Shown in pieces: positions 49,327 through 58,645 of a stretch of 64,000 nucleotides of DNA. This DNA comes from an uncultured Alphaproteobacteria bacterium (GTDB lineage: Bacteria > Pseudomonadota > Alphaproteobacteria > UBA8366). The stretch spans positions 982,134 through 1,046,133 of the forward strand of contig CAVQDH010000002.1 in NCBI GenBank assembly GCA_963711215.1, written 5' to 3'. Position 1 is the first letter of the stretch; each line of letters begins with the position of its first letter. The position numbers and the translations under genes are program-made. The notes under the pieces are model-generated. The model did no database searches, was not told where the DNA came from, and saw only the letters and a list, made by a program, of their open reading frames with translations.

Positions 49327-51645
49327 TCAGGGTTTCTTGTCGATGAGGTCGAGCAGGTGTTCCGGCGTCACCGGCACCTGCGTGATCTTGACGCCGAACG
49401 GGCGCAGCGCGTCGTCGATGGCGCTCGCGATCGCGGCGGCGGCGGGGATCGTGCCGCCTTCGCCGGCGCCCTTGACGCCGAGCGGGTTGAGCGGCGTCGG
49501 CGACTGCATGTGCGTCTGCTCGACGCGCGGCGTCTCGGTCGCGAGCGGCAACAGGTATTCGCCGAAGTTGACGGTCAGCGGCTGGCCGTCGTCGTCATAG
49601 CGCATCCATTCGTAGAGCGCGTTGCCGATGCCGTGCGCGACGCCGCCCATGACCTGGCCTTCGACTATCATCGTGTTGATGATCGTGCCGCAGTCATGCG
49701 CCGTGACGTAGCGCAGGATCGTCACGCCGCCGGTCTCGACATCGACCTCGACCACGGCGACATGGCAACCGTTGGGATAGGTCGAGCGCTGCGGCGTGAA
49801 ATAGCTGGTGTCTTCGAGCCCGGGGGTGACGCCGGGCGGCATCGAGAAGCCGGGCATGCCGTTGGCGAAGGCGGCGACTTCGCCCAGCGTCTTGCCGACG
49901 TCGGGCACGCCCTTGACGAAGACCCTGCCGTCGGCGAGGTCCAGGTCCTCCTCCGCTGCCTCGAGCAGGTGCGCGGCGATCTTGATTGCCTTTTCGCGGA
50001 CTTTCCCGGCGGCGATGTGCGCGGACGGGCCCGCATTGGCGGCGACCCGGCTGGCGAAGGTGCCGATGCCGTAGGCGACGCCGCCGGTGTCGCCGACCGT
50101 CACCGCGACCTGGTCGGGGCGCACGCCGAGCCGGTCGGCGACGATCTGCGCGAACATCGTGCGGTGGCCCTGGCCCTGATCCGACGAGCCGATGCGGGCG
50201 AGGATCTGCCCGCCGGGCGTCACCTGCACGGTCGCTCCTTCGAACGGGCCGAGGCCGGTGCCTTCGATGTAGGCGGCAATGCCGATACCGACGTAGCGGC
50301 CCTGCGCGCGCAGCGCGTCCTGCCCGGCGCGGAAGGCGTCGTAATTCGCCTTGTCGAGCGCCATCTGCTGGCACGCGGGATAATCGCCGCTGTCGTAGAT
50401 CACCGGGCTGCCGTCGCGGAAGGTGAGGCCGACGGCGTAGGGCATCCTGTCCGCCGGGACGTAATTGCGCCGCCGCACCTCGGCCGGGTCGAGGCCGAGC
50501 TCGCGCGCGACCCGGTCCATCAGCCGCTCCATCGCGAAGACGGCTTGCGGGCGGCCGGCGCCCCGCACCGGCGTGGTCGCCACCTTGTTGGTGAAGACGC
50601 AGCGGACCTTCATGCGATAGGCCGGGATGACATAAGGCCCCGGCATGGTGGTCGCCGAGATGAAGGGCGTGATGATGCCCCAGGGCAGATAGGCGCCGCT
50701 GTCGTGCAGCATGTCGCCGCGCACGCCCAGCACTTTGCCGTCCGCGTCGACGGCGACCTCGACCTGCCAGCGCTGGTCGCGCTCCTGATGGGTGCTGAGG
50801 AAATGCTCGCGCCGGTCCTCGATGTATTTCACCGGGCGCTTGGCCAGCAGCGCGGCCGCCGCCGTGGCGATGTGCTCGGGATAGGTCTGCACCTTGCTGC
50901 CGAAGCCGCCGCCGGTGTTGGGGGCGATCACGCGGACGCGGTCGTCGGCCGTGCCGGTCATGCGGCAATAGACGTCGCGCAGCTGATGCGGCGCCTGGGT
51001 GTTGGCCCAGATCGTCAGCGTGCCGCCAAGCGCGTCCGTGGCGGCGAGCACGGCGCGGCATTCCATCGGATGCGCCGCGCCGCGATGTTGCAGCAGATCT
51101 TCCTTGAAGACATGCGCGGCGCGGGCGAAGGCCTGGTCGACCTCGCCGTAGCCGACCGTGAAGTCGGCCGCGGTGTTGTCCGCGCGGCCTTCGTGCGCGG
51201 CGGCCGCGTCCGCTGCCGCGGCCTTGCGGAAGTCGCTCGCCGCGGGCAGCGGCGCGTAGTCGACGATGACCTGCTCGGCCGCGTCCTCGGCGATGTAGCG
51301 GTCGTCGGCCAGCACCATCGCCACCGCCTCACCGACGAAATGCGCCGCCTCCTTCGCCAGGACATGCTGCGTGACGGGATAACGGATCGCCGGGTTGGGA
51401 ACGAGGAGCGGCAGCGGCGCCTGCAGCGCGTTCGGCAGGTCGGCATGGGTGAGGACCGCATGCACGCCCGGCATGGCGAGCGCCGCTGATATATCGATGC
51501 CGTTGATGCGCGCATGCGCATAGGGGCTGCGCACGAACGCGGCCTGCAGCATGCCCGGCAGATGGATGTCGTCGACGAAGCGGCCTTCGCCCCTGAGCAG
51601 CGCCGGGTCTTCGAGCCGCGCGACCTTGCTGCCGACCCAGCTCAT
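49327..51645 (-). CDS. molybdopterin-binding large subunit of a xanthine-dehydrogenase-family hydroxylase (CoxL-like, not form I)
   Basis: ATG 51645 forms an ATGA overlap with the small-subunit stop. The sequence reads MSWVGSKVARLEDPALLRGEGRFVDDIHLPGMLQAAFVRSPYAHA... The active-site loop reads TPVRGAGRPQ, not the AYxCSFR signature of true CO dehydrogenases. Confidence 0.85.
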   Translation of the reverse strand: MSWVGSKVARLEDPALLRGEGRFVDDIHLPGMLQAAFVRSPYAHARINGIDISAALAMPGVHAVLTHADLPNALQAPLPLLVPNPAIRYPVTQHVLAKEAAHFVGEAVAMVLADDRYIAEDAAEQVIVDYAPLPAASDFRKAAAADAAAAHEGRADNTAADFTVGYGEVDQAFARAAHVFKEDLLQHRGAAHPMECRAVLAATDALGGTLTIWANTQAPHQLRDVYCRMTGTADDRVRVIAPNTGGGFGSKVQTYPEHIATAAAALLAKRPVKYIEDRREHFLSTHQERDQRWQVEVAVDADGKVLGVRGDMLHDSGAYLPWGIITPFISATTMPGPYVIPAYRMKVRCVFTNKVATTPVRGAGRPQAVFAMERLMDRVARELGLDPAEVRRRNYVPADRMPYAVGLTFRDGSPVIYDSGDYPACQQMALDKANYDAFRAGQDALRAQGRYVGIGIAAYIEGTGLGPFEGATVQVTPGGQILARIGSSDQGQGHRTMFAQIVADRLGVRPDQVAVTVGDTGGVAYGIGTFASRVAANAGPSAHIAAGKVREKAIKIAAHLLEAAEEDLDLADGRVFVKGVPDVGKTLGEVAAFANGMPGFSMPPGVTPGLEDTSYFTPQRSTYPNGCHVAVVEVDVETGGVTILRYVTAHDCGTIINTMIVEGQVMGGVAHGIGNALYEWMRYDDDGQPLTVNFGEYLLPLATETPRVEQTHMQSPTPLNPLGVKGAGEGGTIPAAAAIASAIDDALRPFGVKITQVPVTPEHLLDLIDKKP

Positions 51646-52133
51646 GGCGAGGAGCCTCCATCGCGCAGGACCTTTGCCGCGGCGAGCGCGGCATCGACGA
51701 TGCCCTGATAGCCGGTGCAGCGGCAGAGGTTGCCCGAGAGCCACTCGCGCACATCGGCCTCGCTCGGGTCGGGGTTCGTCGCCAGCAGCTCGGTCAGGGT
51801 CGCGAGCACGCCCGGCGTGCAGAAGCCGCATTGCAGACCGTGGTGGTCGATGAAGGCCTGCTGCAGCGGGGTCAGCGCGCCGTCTTGCGCCAGGCCTTCG
51901 ATGGTCACCACCGACGCGCCGTCCGCCTGCGCCGCCAGCATCAGGCAGGACCGCACCGCATGCCCGTCGACCAGCACCGTGCAGGCGCCGCAGACGCCAT
52001 GCTCGCAGCCGAGATGCGTGCCGGTGAGCTCGAGCTCGTGGCGCAGGAAATCGGCGAGGGTAAGGCGCACCGGCACCTCGCGCGTGAACTCCTGGCCGTT
52101 GACGGTCAGCAGGACCAGCATGCGCTCAGCCAT
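51642..52133 (-). CDS. [2Fe-2S]-binding small subunit (CoxS-like)
   Basis: Intact 163-aa ORF with GCEHGVCGACTV and CGFCTPG...CRCTGY cysteine clusters. Its start overlaps the medium-subunit stop by 8 nt. Confidence 0.9.
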   Translation of the reverse strand: MAERMLVLLTVNGQEFTREVPVRLTLADFLRHELELTGTHLGCEHGVCGACTVLVDGHAVRSCLMLAAQADGASVVTIEGLAQDGALTPLQQAFIDHHGLQCGFCTPGVLATLTELLATNPDPSEADVREWLSGNLCRCTGYQGIVDAALAAAKVLRDGGSSP

Positions 52134-53007
52134 GCGCCGCCTCCTCGCCGCGCGCCCGCGCGCGAGCGGTCAGAAGCGCGCGCCGGGTCATGACGACGGC
52201 GAGCTTGCGCCGGTATTCCTTGGACGCATGCACGTCGTCGAGGCCGGGAACAGAAGATGCCGTCTCGGCCGCCGTCGCGATAAGCGCGTCGTCCGGCGCC
52301 TTGCCCAGCAGCATCGCCTCAGCGTCGCCGAGACGCACCGGCGCGGTATCGACGCCCGTGACCGCGAGCGCCGCGCGCGCGACTGTTCCCAGCCCATCGA
52401 GCAACAGCAGCGCCGCGGTGCCGGCCATCGCGAAATCGCCGTGCCGGCGGGCGAACTCGGTAAAGGCATAGCCATGCCCCTCGGGCCAAAGCGGAATGGT
52501 GACGGCGGCCAGCAATTCGTCCGGCTCCAGGTTGGGCGTCATGAAGCCCATCGCCCAGTCCGCCATGGATACGTCGCGGTCGCCGCGCCGGCTCCGGACA
52601 TGCAGCGTCGCGTCCATGGCGCGCAGGGCCGCGGGCAGCTCCGCCGCCGGGTCGAGATGCGACAGGCTGCCGCCGAGGGTGCCCCGGTTGCGCGTCTGCA
52701 CATGGCCGACGTTGCGCAGCGCTTCGTGCAGCAGCGGGCAGCGGCGGCGGACCAGCGGCGAGAGCTCCAGCTCGCGCTGGCGCGCCATCGCGCCGATCAC
52801 CAGCGTGTCGCCGTGCTCTTCGATCCGCGAGAGGTCGGCGATCCGGTTCAGGTCGATGACGTTTGCCGGCAAGACGTAGCGGAAGTTCATCATCGGCATC
52901 AGCGACTGGCCGCCGGCGAGCAGCTTCGCGTCTTCCAGCGTCGCCAGCATATCGAGCGCGTCGGGGAGCGTCTGCGGGCGATGATAGGAGAAAGGCGGCG
53001 GCTTCAT
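52126..53007 (-). CDS. FAD-binding medium subunit (CoxM-like)
   Basis: Intact 293-aa ORF: MKPPPFSYHRPQTLPDALDMLA...KLLAGGQSLMPMMNFR...RNRGTLGGSLSHLDPAAELP. Confidence 0.85.
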   Translation of the reverse strand: MKPPPFSYHRPQTLPDALDMLATLEDAKLLAGGQSLMPMMNFRYVLPANVIDLNRIADLSRIEEHGDTLVIGAMARQRELELSPLVRRRCPLLHEALRNVGHVQTRNRGTLGGSLSHLDPAAELPAALRAMDATLHVRSRRGDRDVSMADWAMGFMTPNLEPDELLAAVTIPLWPEGHGYAFTEFARRHGDFAMAGTAALLLLDGLGTVARAALAVTGVDTAPVRLGDAEAMLLGKAPDDALIATAAETASSVPGLDDVHASKEYRRKLAVVMTRRALLTARARARGEEAAHG

Positions 53008-53011
53008 CCGG

Positions 53012-53581
53012 TCACCGGCCTCCGAACAGGCGTGCGAAGAAGCGCCGGATCAGCCGCAGCAGCGCGCCGAAACCGATCGAGAGCCCGGAGGCCGCCGCAG
53101 CCGGCCGCGGTGCCGGCGCCGCCGCGTCGCTCGCAAGGATATTCTCCCGCAGGCATGCGGCGAAACGGCCGATCATTTCCTCCGACACGCTGGCGATGAT
53201 GCCCTGGCTGCGGCCGTATTGCGCGACCGGGCCGGAGAGCTGCAGGTCGGTGACGATACGCACCGTCGTGCCGCTGCCGTTCGGCTCCAGCGCGAAGCGG
53301 ACATCGGCATTCGCGCTGCCGCGGTTGCGCGCTTCCCGGCCGGAGGCGGCAAGCCGCGCGGTGTGCGCCGCGTCGTCGCGCTCGACGAAGCCGGCCTTGC
53401 CTTCGAAGGCGAGGCTGACCGGACCCAGCTTGACCTGCATCCTGCCGGCATAATTCCGGTCGTCGATGACGTCGGTGAGCTGTGCGCCCGGCACGCAGGG
53501 CGCGACGCGCTCGACGTCGGTCAGGATGCGCCAAGCATCGGCCGGCGGCACCGGCACGTCGAAGGAATTTTGGAGCTGCAC
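53012..53581 (-). CDS. CoxG-like SRPBCC-domain protein
   Basis: A GTG at 53581 gives VQLQNSFDVPVPPADAWRILTDVERVAPCVPGAQLTDV...MQVKLGPVSLAFEGKAGF... with a hydrophobic C-terminal tail. The ORF-track start at 53797 adds an implausible leader. Confidence 0.7.
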   Translation of the reverse strand: MQLQNSFDVPVPPADAWRILTDVERVAPCVPGAQLTDVIDDRNYAGRMQVKLGPVSLAFEGKAGFVERDDAAHTARLAASGREARNRGSANADVRFALEPNGSGTTVRIVTDLQLSGPVAQYGRSQGIIASVSEEMIGRFAACLRENILASDAAAPAPRPAAAASGLSIGFGALLRLIRRFFARLFGGR

Positions 53582-53712
53582 GCTTGGGTCCCTGCAAACG
53601 TCTTCTTGTTGCCGGCGAGAGTAGCATCCGGCGGCCAAGTGCCAAAGCCTCCGTTCGATGCTATAGAGGCCGCCGGACCGGCATCGGGAACCTGCCGCAA
53701 GGAGTATATGCC

Positions 53713-54507
53713 ATGGCGTTCGGGACCCTTCATCTCGACAAGGACGGCGCGACCGGCGTCGCCACGCTGACGCTCGACCGCCCGCCGCGCAACGCAATCG
53801 AGCGGCAGATGGCGCAGGAGCTGGAGCAGGCCCTGACCGATCTCGCGGCGATGACGGTCAGGTGCGCGCCGTCGTGCTGACGGGAGCCGGGCCCGGCTTC
53901 TGCGCCGGCGGCGACCTCAAGCGCCTGGCGGGCGAGCTTGCGGACCCGGCGGGCGCGCGCGCCTTCATGCGCGCCTGCCATCGCTCGATCCTGGCGATCT
54001 CGGACATGGAAAAGCCGGTCATCGCCGCCGTCAACGGCGACGCGGCCGGCGCGGGCTGGAGCCTGGCGCTCGCCTGCGACCTGATCGTGGCCGCCCATGC
54101 GGCCGCGCTTCATCATGGCCTTCGTCAAGGTGGGGCTGGTGCCCGACCTCGGCGGCGCGTGGTATCTGACCCAGCTCGTCGGCCCGCACAAGGCGCGGGA
54201 ATGGATGATGCTGGGCGACGTGGTGACCGCGGCGGAGGCGGCACAGCTCGGCGCCGTGAATCGCGTCGTCGAGCCGGGCTGACGTCGCTGCCGCACGGCG
54301 CAAGCGCTGGCCGCGCAGCTCGCCGCGGGGCCGGGGCGGGCGCTCGCCCTGATGAAAGGCATGGTCGGGCGCTACGGCTCGATGACGCTGCAAGCGGCGC
54401 TCGAGGACGAGGCGGAAGCGCAGGCGATCGCGTCGCAGACCGAGGATTTCCAGGAAGGCGCGCGCGCCTTTCAGGAGAAGCGCCCGCCGGCCTTCAAGGG
54501 CCGGTGA
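53713..54507 (+). pseudogene. enoyl-CoA hydratase/isomerase family protein, several frameshifts plus an in-frame TGA
   Basis: ATG 53713 follows AAGGAG. MAFGTLHLDKDGATGVATLTLDRPPRNAI shifts to VRAVVLTGAGPGFCAGGDLK...PVIAAVNGDAAGAGWSLALACDLIVAA. It shifts again to ARFIMAFVKVGLVPDLGGAWYLTQLVG...VNRVVEPG, ending at a TGA (54280-54282). The same frame then continues AQALAAQLAAGP...EDFQEGARAFQEKRPPAFKGR. Confidence 0.75.
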
Positions 54508-54806
54508 CCTGAGCCGCACACGGCCCGGCTGTCAGCGCAGAAAAGCCGCAAGAAAGACCCCTGTCCACGAAAGCGATCCGCCGTGGCATGTGGATTGCGT
54601 TTCCCATGCGCGATGCCGGTCGGTGTAATTTACAGGGCGCTTTGGGTTTCCGTCGTAACCCCTGACGATCGCGTCCTAAATTTCGCTCCGGCGGCATGCC
54701 GGACGGGACGGGCCCGTCGGGTCAATATTGCCGACGGCGGCGCGGCGGCGGCAAAAGTTTCCGGCGCGCCCGCATCCGGCAGCACTGACTTGCAGGGACA
54801 GGGATC

Positions 54807-55151
54807 ATGAGCATTTCAAGTATCGGCTACGCCGGGTCTCTCGCGTATGACTTCGCCATCAGCAAGCCGAATACCCAGGCTCAATCCTCCGCCTCTCAGG
54901 CTTCGGCGAGCGATGCCGCATCGCCGGACGGCAGCGTCGAGCAGCAATTTCTCGACTACATGAAGAAGTCGCCGGCGCAGCGATTCGTCGATGCCTGGCT
55001 CAAGGCGCATCATCTGACCCAGAAAGACCTCGACGAGATGACGCCCGAGAAGCGCGAAGCCGTGATGAAGCAGATGGCGCACGACTTCAAAGAGGAAATG
55101 AAGCGCAAGGCCGAAGCCGGCTTGAACGGGAAGGCCGGCGTCCTGGTCTAA
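54807..55151 (+). CDS. small hypothetical protein (Ser/Ala/Gln-rich N-half, charged helical C-half)
   Basis: Intact 114-aa ORF: MSISSIGYAGSLAY...QASASDAASPDGSVEQQFLDYMKKSPAQRFVDAWLKAHHLTQKDLDEMTPEKREAVMKQMAHDFKEEMKRK. The composition is plausible for a real protein. There is no signal peptide or recognisable domain. Confidence 0.45.
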   Translation: MSISSIGYAGSLAYDFAISKPNTQAQSSASQASASDAASPDGSVEQQFLDYMKKSPAQRFVDAWLKAHHLTQKDLDEMTPEKREAVMKQMAHDFKEEMKRKAEAGLNGKAGVLV

Positions 55152-56722
55152 TCATCCCACGGCGTCAGCGCCGCTGCGTTGCGCCCGGCGATGCGGCCGC
55201 CGACGAAACATTCCGTCAGGTTCGCGCCGCCGAGGTAGAGAAAGCCCCAGATGCCGCCGCACTCGCCGGCTTCGTAAAGCCGCGGGATCGCCTCGCCGAA
55301 GGAATTGAGCACGCGGTTCTTCCCGTCATGCACCGGGCCGCCCTGGGTGTTGGAGACGACCGGCCAGATCTCGCCCATGTAGTAGGGCGGCGTCTTGATC
55401 GGCATCATCGTCTTCGGGCCGCGCGCGAAGTCGTCGTCCCGGCCCGCGGTGCAGGCGGCGTTCCAGCGATCGATCGACGCTTGCAGGACGGCCGGCTCGC
55501 AGCCGATCAGCTCGGCGAGCTCGGCGATCGAATCCGCCTTCTTCAGCATGCCGTTCTGCACTTCCTTGAGGTTGTCGTCGCTCCAGAAATAGGGCTCGAC
55601 CTTGGTGTCGTTGAAGATCGTCGTGCCGAGCCGGTAGGTCTTTCGGCCGTCCTCGTCGACGATCATGAAGCAGGGCACGTAGGGAAAGCTCATCGTCGCG
55701 GGGTCGTAGACGTCGAGCGGCCGATGCCCGGTGTCCTGGGCATAGGGCATGTATTCGTTGGTGAAGCGCTTGCCGGTCTTGTCGACCAGGATCCACGCCA
55801 TCCCGACCTCGGGCTCGCGCACGGTCGGCGCCCAGTCCGGCAGGCGCTTGACGCGGATCCCGAAGGGATAGGCCGGATCGGGGTGCCGGAAGCCGTAGGA
55901 CCCGTGATAGTGCCACATGTGCCAGAGGTCGGCGCCGAGATCGAGCGCCATGCGGATGCCGTCGCCGGTGTTGCCGCGGAAGGCCGCCGTGGTGACCGGA
56001 TGGACCTGCCAGAACTGGCGCTGCATCTCGTAATTCGCCTCGAAGCCGCCGCAGGCGAGGATGACGCCGCGCCGCGCCTTGATGGCCTTGCGGCCGTCCT
56101 TGCCGTCGATCCACACGCCGCGCACCTCGTTGTCGCCGCCGGCGATCAGGCGGAGGGCGGACGTGGCGAGCCTGAGATCGATGCCGCGCGCGAGCACGTT
56201 GTCGTGCAGCACCTTGAACAGCTTGGTGCCGTTCCGGTGCGACCGCGCGTGGGGGTATTCCTTGACGCCGTCGAAGCCGGGGATCTGATCGACCTCGATG
56301 AAATACATGTCCTCATGGCCGGGGAAGGGGTAGTTGGCGGGCCGGCCGATCCGCTTGATCTCGCCGCCGTTCACCTTGGCGAGGCCGCGGACGTAATCCT
56401 CGATGCCCATCATCTCGTCCACGAAGGCCTCGTGGACCGAGCGCGGCGTGGTGCCGTCGTTGGTCTTCTCGAGATAGCTCAGCGTGCCGTCGCGGTCGGC
56501 CGACAGCCGGATGCCGCCGCCGGCGCAGATCGAGATGCCGCCCGGCGCGTCCATCTTCTCGACCAGCAGGACTTTCGCCCCCGCATCATGCGCGTCGACC
56601 GCGGCGACGCCGCCCGCGAAGCCGAAACCGATGACCACGACGTCGAATTCCTCATCGAACCGGTCGACGGTCCTGGGCGGCAACGATGTCTTCGGCGCGA
56701 TGGCGGGCGTAGTCTTGGGCAT
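55148..56722 (-). CDS. FAD-binding flavoprotein (fumarate-reductase / 3-ketosteroid-dehydrogenase-like)
   Basis: ATG 56722 gives MPKTTPAIAPKTS...FDVVVIGFGFAGGVAAVDAHDAGAKVLLVEKMDAPGGISICAGGG, and the protein ends ...LYEAGECGGIWGFLYLGGANLTECFVGGRIAG. The frame is intact. Confidence 0.75.
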   Translation of the reverse strand: MPKTTPAIAPKTSLPPRTVDRFDEEFDVVVIGFGFAGGVAAVDAHDAGAKVLLVEKMDAPGGISICAGGGIRLSADRDGTLSYLEKTNDGTTPRSVHEAFVDEMMGIEDYVRGLAKVNGGEIKRIGRPANYPFPGHEDMYFIEVDQIPGFDGVKEYPHARSHRNGTKLFKVLHDNVLARGIDLRLATSALRLIAGGDNEVRGVWIDGKDGRKAIKARRGVILACGGFEANYEMQRQFWQVHPVTTAAFRGNTGDGIRMALDLGADLWHMWHYHGSYGFRHPDPAYPFGIRVKRLPDWAPTVREPEVGMAWILVDKTGKRFTNEYMPYAQDTGHRPLDVYDPATMSFPYVPCFMIVDEDGRKTYRLGTTIFNDTKVEPYFWSDDNLKEVQNGMLKKADSIAELAELIGCEPAVLQASIDRWNAACTAGRDDDFARGPKTMMPIKTPPYYMGEIWPVVSNTQGGPVHDGKNRVLNSFGEAIPRLYEAGECGGIWGFLYLGGANLTECFVGGRIAGRNAAALTPWDD

Positions 56723-56845
56723 GGTCGGGGCCTCTCGGGAATGTGGGCAATGTGGGGGTCGGCGGTGAGACCGCCATTGCATGCCGTGGGGCCGCGGCTG
56801 TCAAGGCGACGGCCGGACGCTGCGCGTTACACGCGTGGACGGGTG

Positions 56846-58249
56846 TCAGGAGAGGCGGTTGATACCATCGAATGCGGCGGTCTTGTAGCACTCCGCCAGG
56901 GTCGGGTAGTTGAAGACCGTCTCGACGAAATAGTCGATGGTGCCGCCCATGGCGAGCACGGCCTGGCCGATATGGACCAGCTCGCTGGCGCCTTCGCCGA
57001 GGATGCTGACGCCCAAGAGCTTGCGCGTCTCGCAATGGAACATGAGCTTCAGCAGGCCGGTCGTGTCGCCGATGATCTGGCCGCGCGCGATCTCCCTGTA
57101 GGCGGCCCGGCCGACCTCGTAGGGGATGCCGGCCTCGGTCAGCTCTTCCTCGTTCTTGCCGACGGTGGAGATCTCCGGGATCGTGTAGATGCCGTATGGG
57201 AAATGATCGGGCGTTGCCTCGGCCTTGATGCCGAAGGCGTGGCAGGCCGCCTGGCGGCCCTGCTCCATCGAGGTCGAGGCGAGGCTGGGGAAGCCGATCA
57301 CGTCGCCGGCGGCATAGATATGCGGCACCTCGGTCTGGAAGCACGCGTTGACCGCGAGCAGTCCGCGCTCGACCGGACTCAGCCCGGCGTTCTCGAGCGC
57401 GAGCGTTGCGGTCGCGCCGGACCGGCCGATGCTGTACAGCGCCTTCTCCGCGATCACCTTCTTGCCGCTCTCCAGAACGATCGAGACGCGCGGCCCGTTC
57501 GCACAATCGATCGGGGCTACCGACTTGACGCATTCGTTCAGACGCATCGTCACCCGGTTGTCCCGCATGTGATAGACCAGCGCGTCGGTGATCTCGGAAT
57601 CGACGAAGGGCAAGAGGCGCCGGCGCTGGTCGATCAGGGTGACGCGGACGCCGAGCGTGGCGAAAATGGTCGCGTATTCCAGGCCGATGACGCCCGCACC
57701 CATCACCGCGAGGCTGCGCGGCAGCTTCTGCAGCGAGAGGATGTCGTCGCTGGTGAAGATGCGCTGTCCGTCGAAGGGGATATGGGCATGGCGGGTCGTC
57801 TCGGTGCCGACCGCGATCAGGATATGCTCCGCCGTCACTTCGCGCCCGCCGCCGCCGTTCAGCGGCGCAAGGCGGAACGTATGCGGGTCGCGGAACGAGG
57901 CTCGGGCGGCGATGACCTCGACCCCGTTGCGCTGCAGCTGGTGGCGGGTGACGTCGATCTCGTGCTTGATCACCTGGTCGGCTCGGAACAGCAGGTCCGA
58001 CATGGTGATCTTCTCCTTCACCGTATAGGACGCGCCATAGATGCTCCGCTCGCGGTAGCCCGACAGGTGCATCACGGCTTCGCGCAGCGTCTTGCTGGGG
58101 ATGGTGCCCGTATTGATGCAGACGCCGCCGATTACGGCGCGGTGCTCGGCGACCGCGGTGCGCTTGCCAAGCTTGGCGGCCTGGATGGCGGCGCGCTGGC
58201 CGGCCGGCCCGGAGCCAAGGACAAAAAGATCGTAGTCATATGACGTCAT
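56846..58249 (-). CDS. sthA: soluble pyridine nucleotide transhydrogenase
   Basis: Intact 467-aa ORF, colinear with SthA: YDYDLFVLGSGPAGQRAAIQAAKLGKRTAVAE...GGVCINTGTIPSKTLREAV...AAGDVIGFPSLASTSMEQGR...FNYPTLAECYKTAAFDGINRL. Confidence 0.85.
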   Translation of the reverse strand: MTSYDYDLFVLGSGPAGQRAAIQAAKLGKRTAVAEHRAVIGGVCINTGTIPSKTLREAVMHLSGYRERSIYGASYTVKEKITMSDLLFRADQVIKHEIDVTRHQLQRNGVEVIAARASFRDPHTFRLAPLNGGGGREVTAEHILIAVGTETTRHAHIPFDGQRIFTSDDILSLQKLPRSLAVMGAGVIGLEYATIFATLGVRVTLIDQRRRLLPFVDSEITDALVYHMRDNRVTMRLNECVKSVAPIDCANGPRVSIVLESGKKVIAEKALYSIGRSGATATLALENAGLSPVERGLLAVNACFQTEVPHIYAAGDVIGFPSLASTSMEQGRQAACHAFGIKAEATPDHFPYGIYTIPEISTVGKNEEELTEAGIPYEVGRAAYREIARGQIIGDTTGLLKLMFHCETRKLLGVSILGEGASELVHIGQAVLAMGGTIDYFVETVFNYPTLAECYKTAAFDGINRLS

Positions 58250-58645
58250 GCTGAATTCCCGCCTTGGGGAGAAGGCTCCCCGGCGCTGCGCCGCACACTA
58301 TCGGGAAGGACCGTTACGGTATGGTTAACGCTACCCGGAGGGCGGGAGCTCGGCTGCAGCTCCGGCAACCAGCTGGACCGCCGATTTGCACGCCGCGACA
58401 ATCCATCGCACACTTCTCCGGTCCCAGCTTCCGGAAGAGCCGTGCCGGTCGCGAGGAGAATCCAGCACGGCGCCGGCACCAGAACAAGAATAGGGTACGA
58501 CGCAGAAGCGGTTGTGGCCGTCGGCTGTGGAAGTGTGGGTGCGTCCGCGCCGTCTTGGCAGGGGTTCTTTGCCCGGCGGGGCGCGGATGCAATGCAACTC
58601 GAATGTCCCGCGGTGGTTAGCGGGGCAGCATGGAGGAAACGAAGA

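Noticed and set aside
47209-51489. A 1426-aa plus-strand ORF, the longest in the window
   Set aside because: It runs out of frame through the TcuA-like gene and antisense through the crotonase and the Mo-hydroxylase large-subunit gene. Its translation is Arg/Gly/Ala-rich with no motifs. It is a typical high-GC shadow ORF.
49327-53581. Calling the operon an aerobic carbon monoxide dehydrogenase (coxMSL)
   Set aside because: The large-subunit active-site loop is VRGAGR, not the CSFR-type signature. No coxD/E/F accessory genes are present. A generic Mo-hydroxylase call is safer.
55328-58243. A 971-aa plus-strand ORF, and similar long shadow ORFs at 12810-14879, 17301-19208, 20328-21575, 24608-26296, 29489-31033, 9141-10031 and 15209-16816
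   Set aside because: All are antisense to genes with clear family signatures and have Arg/Ala/Gly/Asp-biased translations without motifs. This is expected in high-GC DNA.
58250-58645. A riboswitch or leader RNA in the 400-bp region upstream of the ABC importer
   Set aside because: I could not find conserved cores I know, such as the TPP CUGAGA box, a B12 box or Moco-like elements. Only generic GC hairpins are present. This is not supportable without a covariance-model scan.
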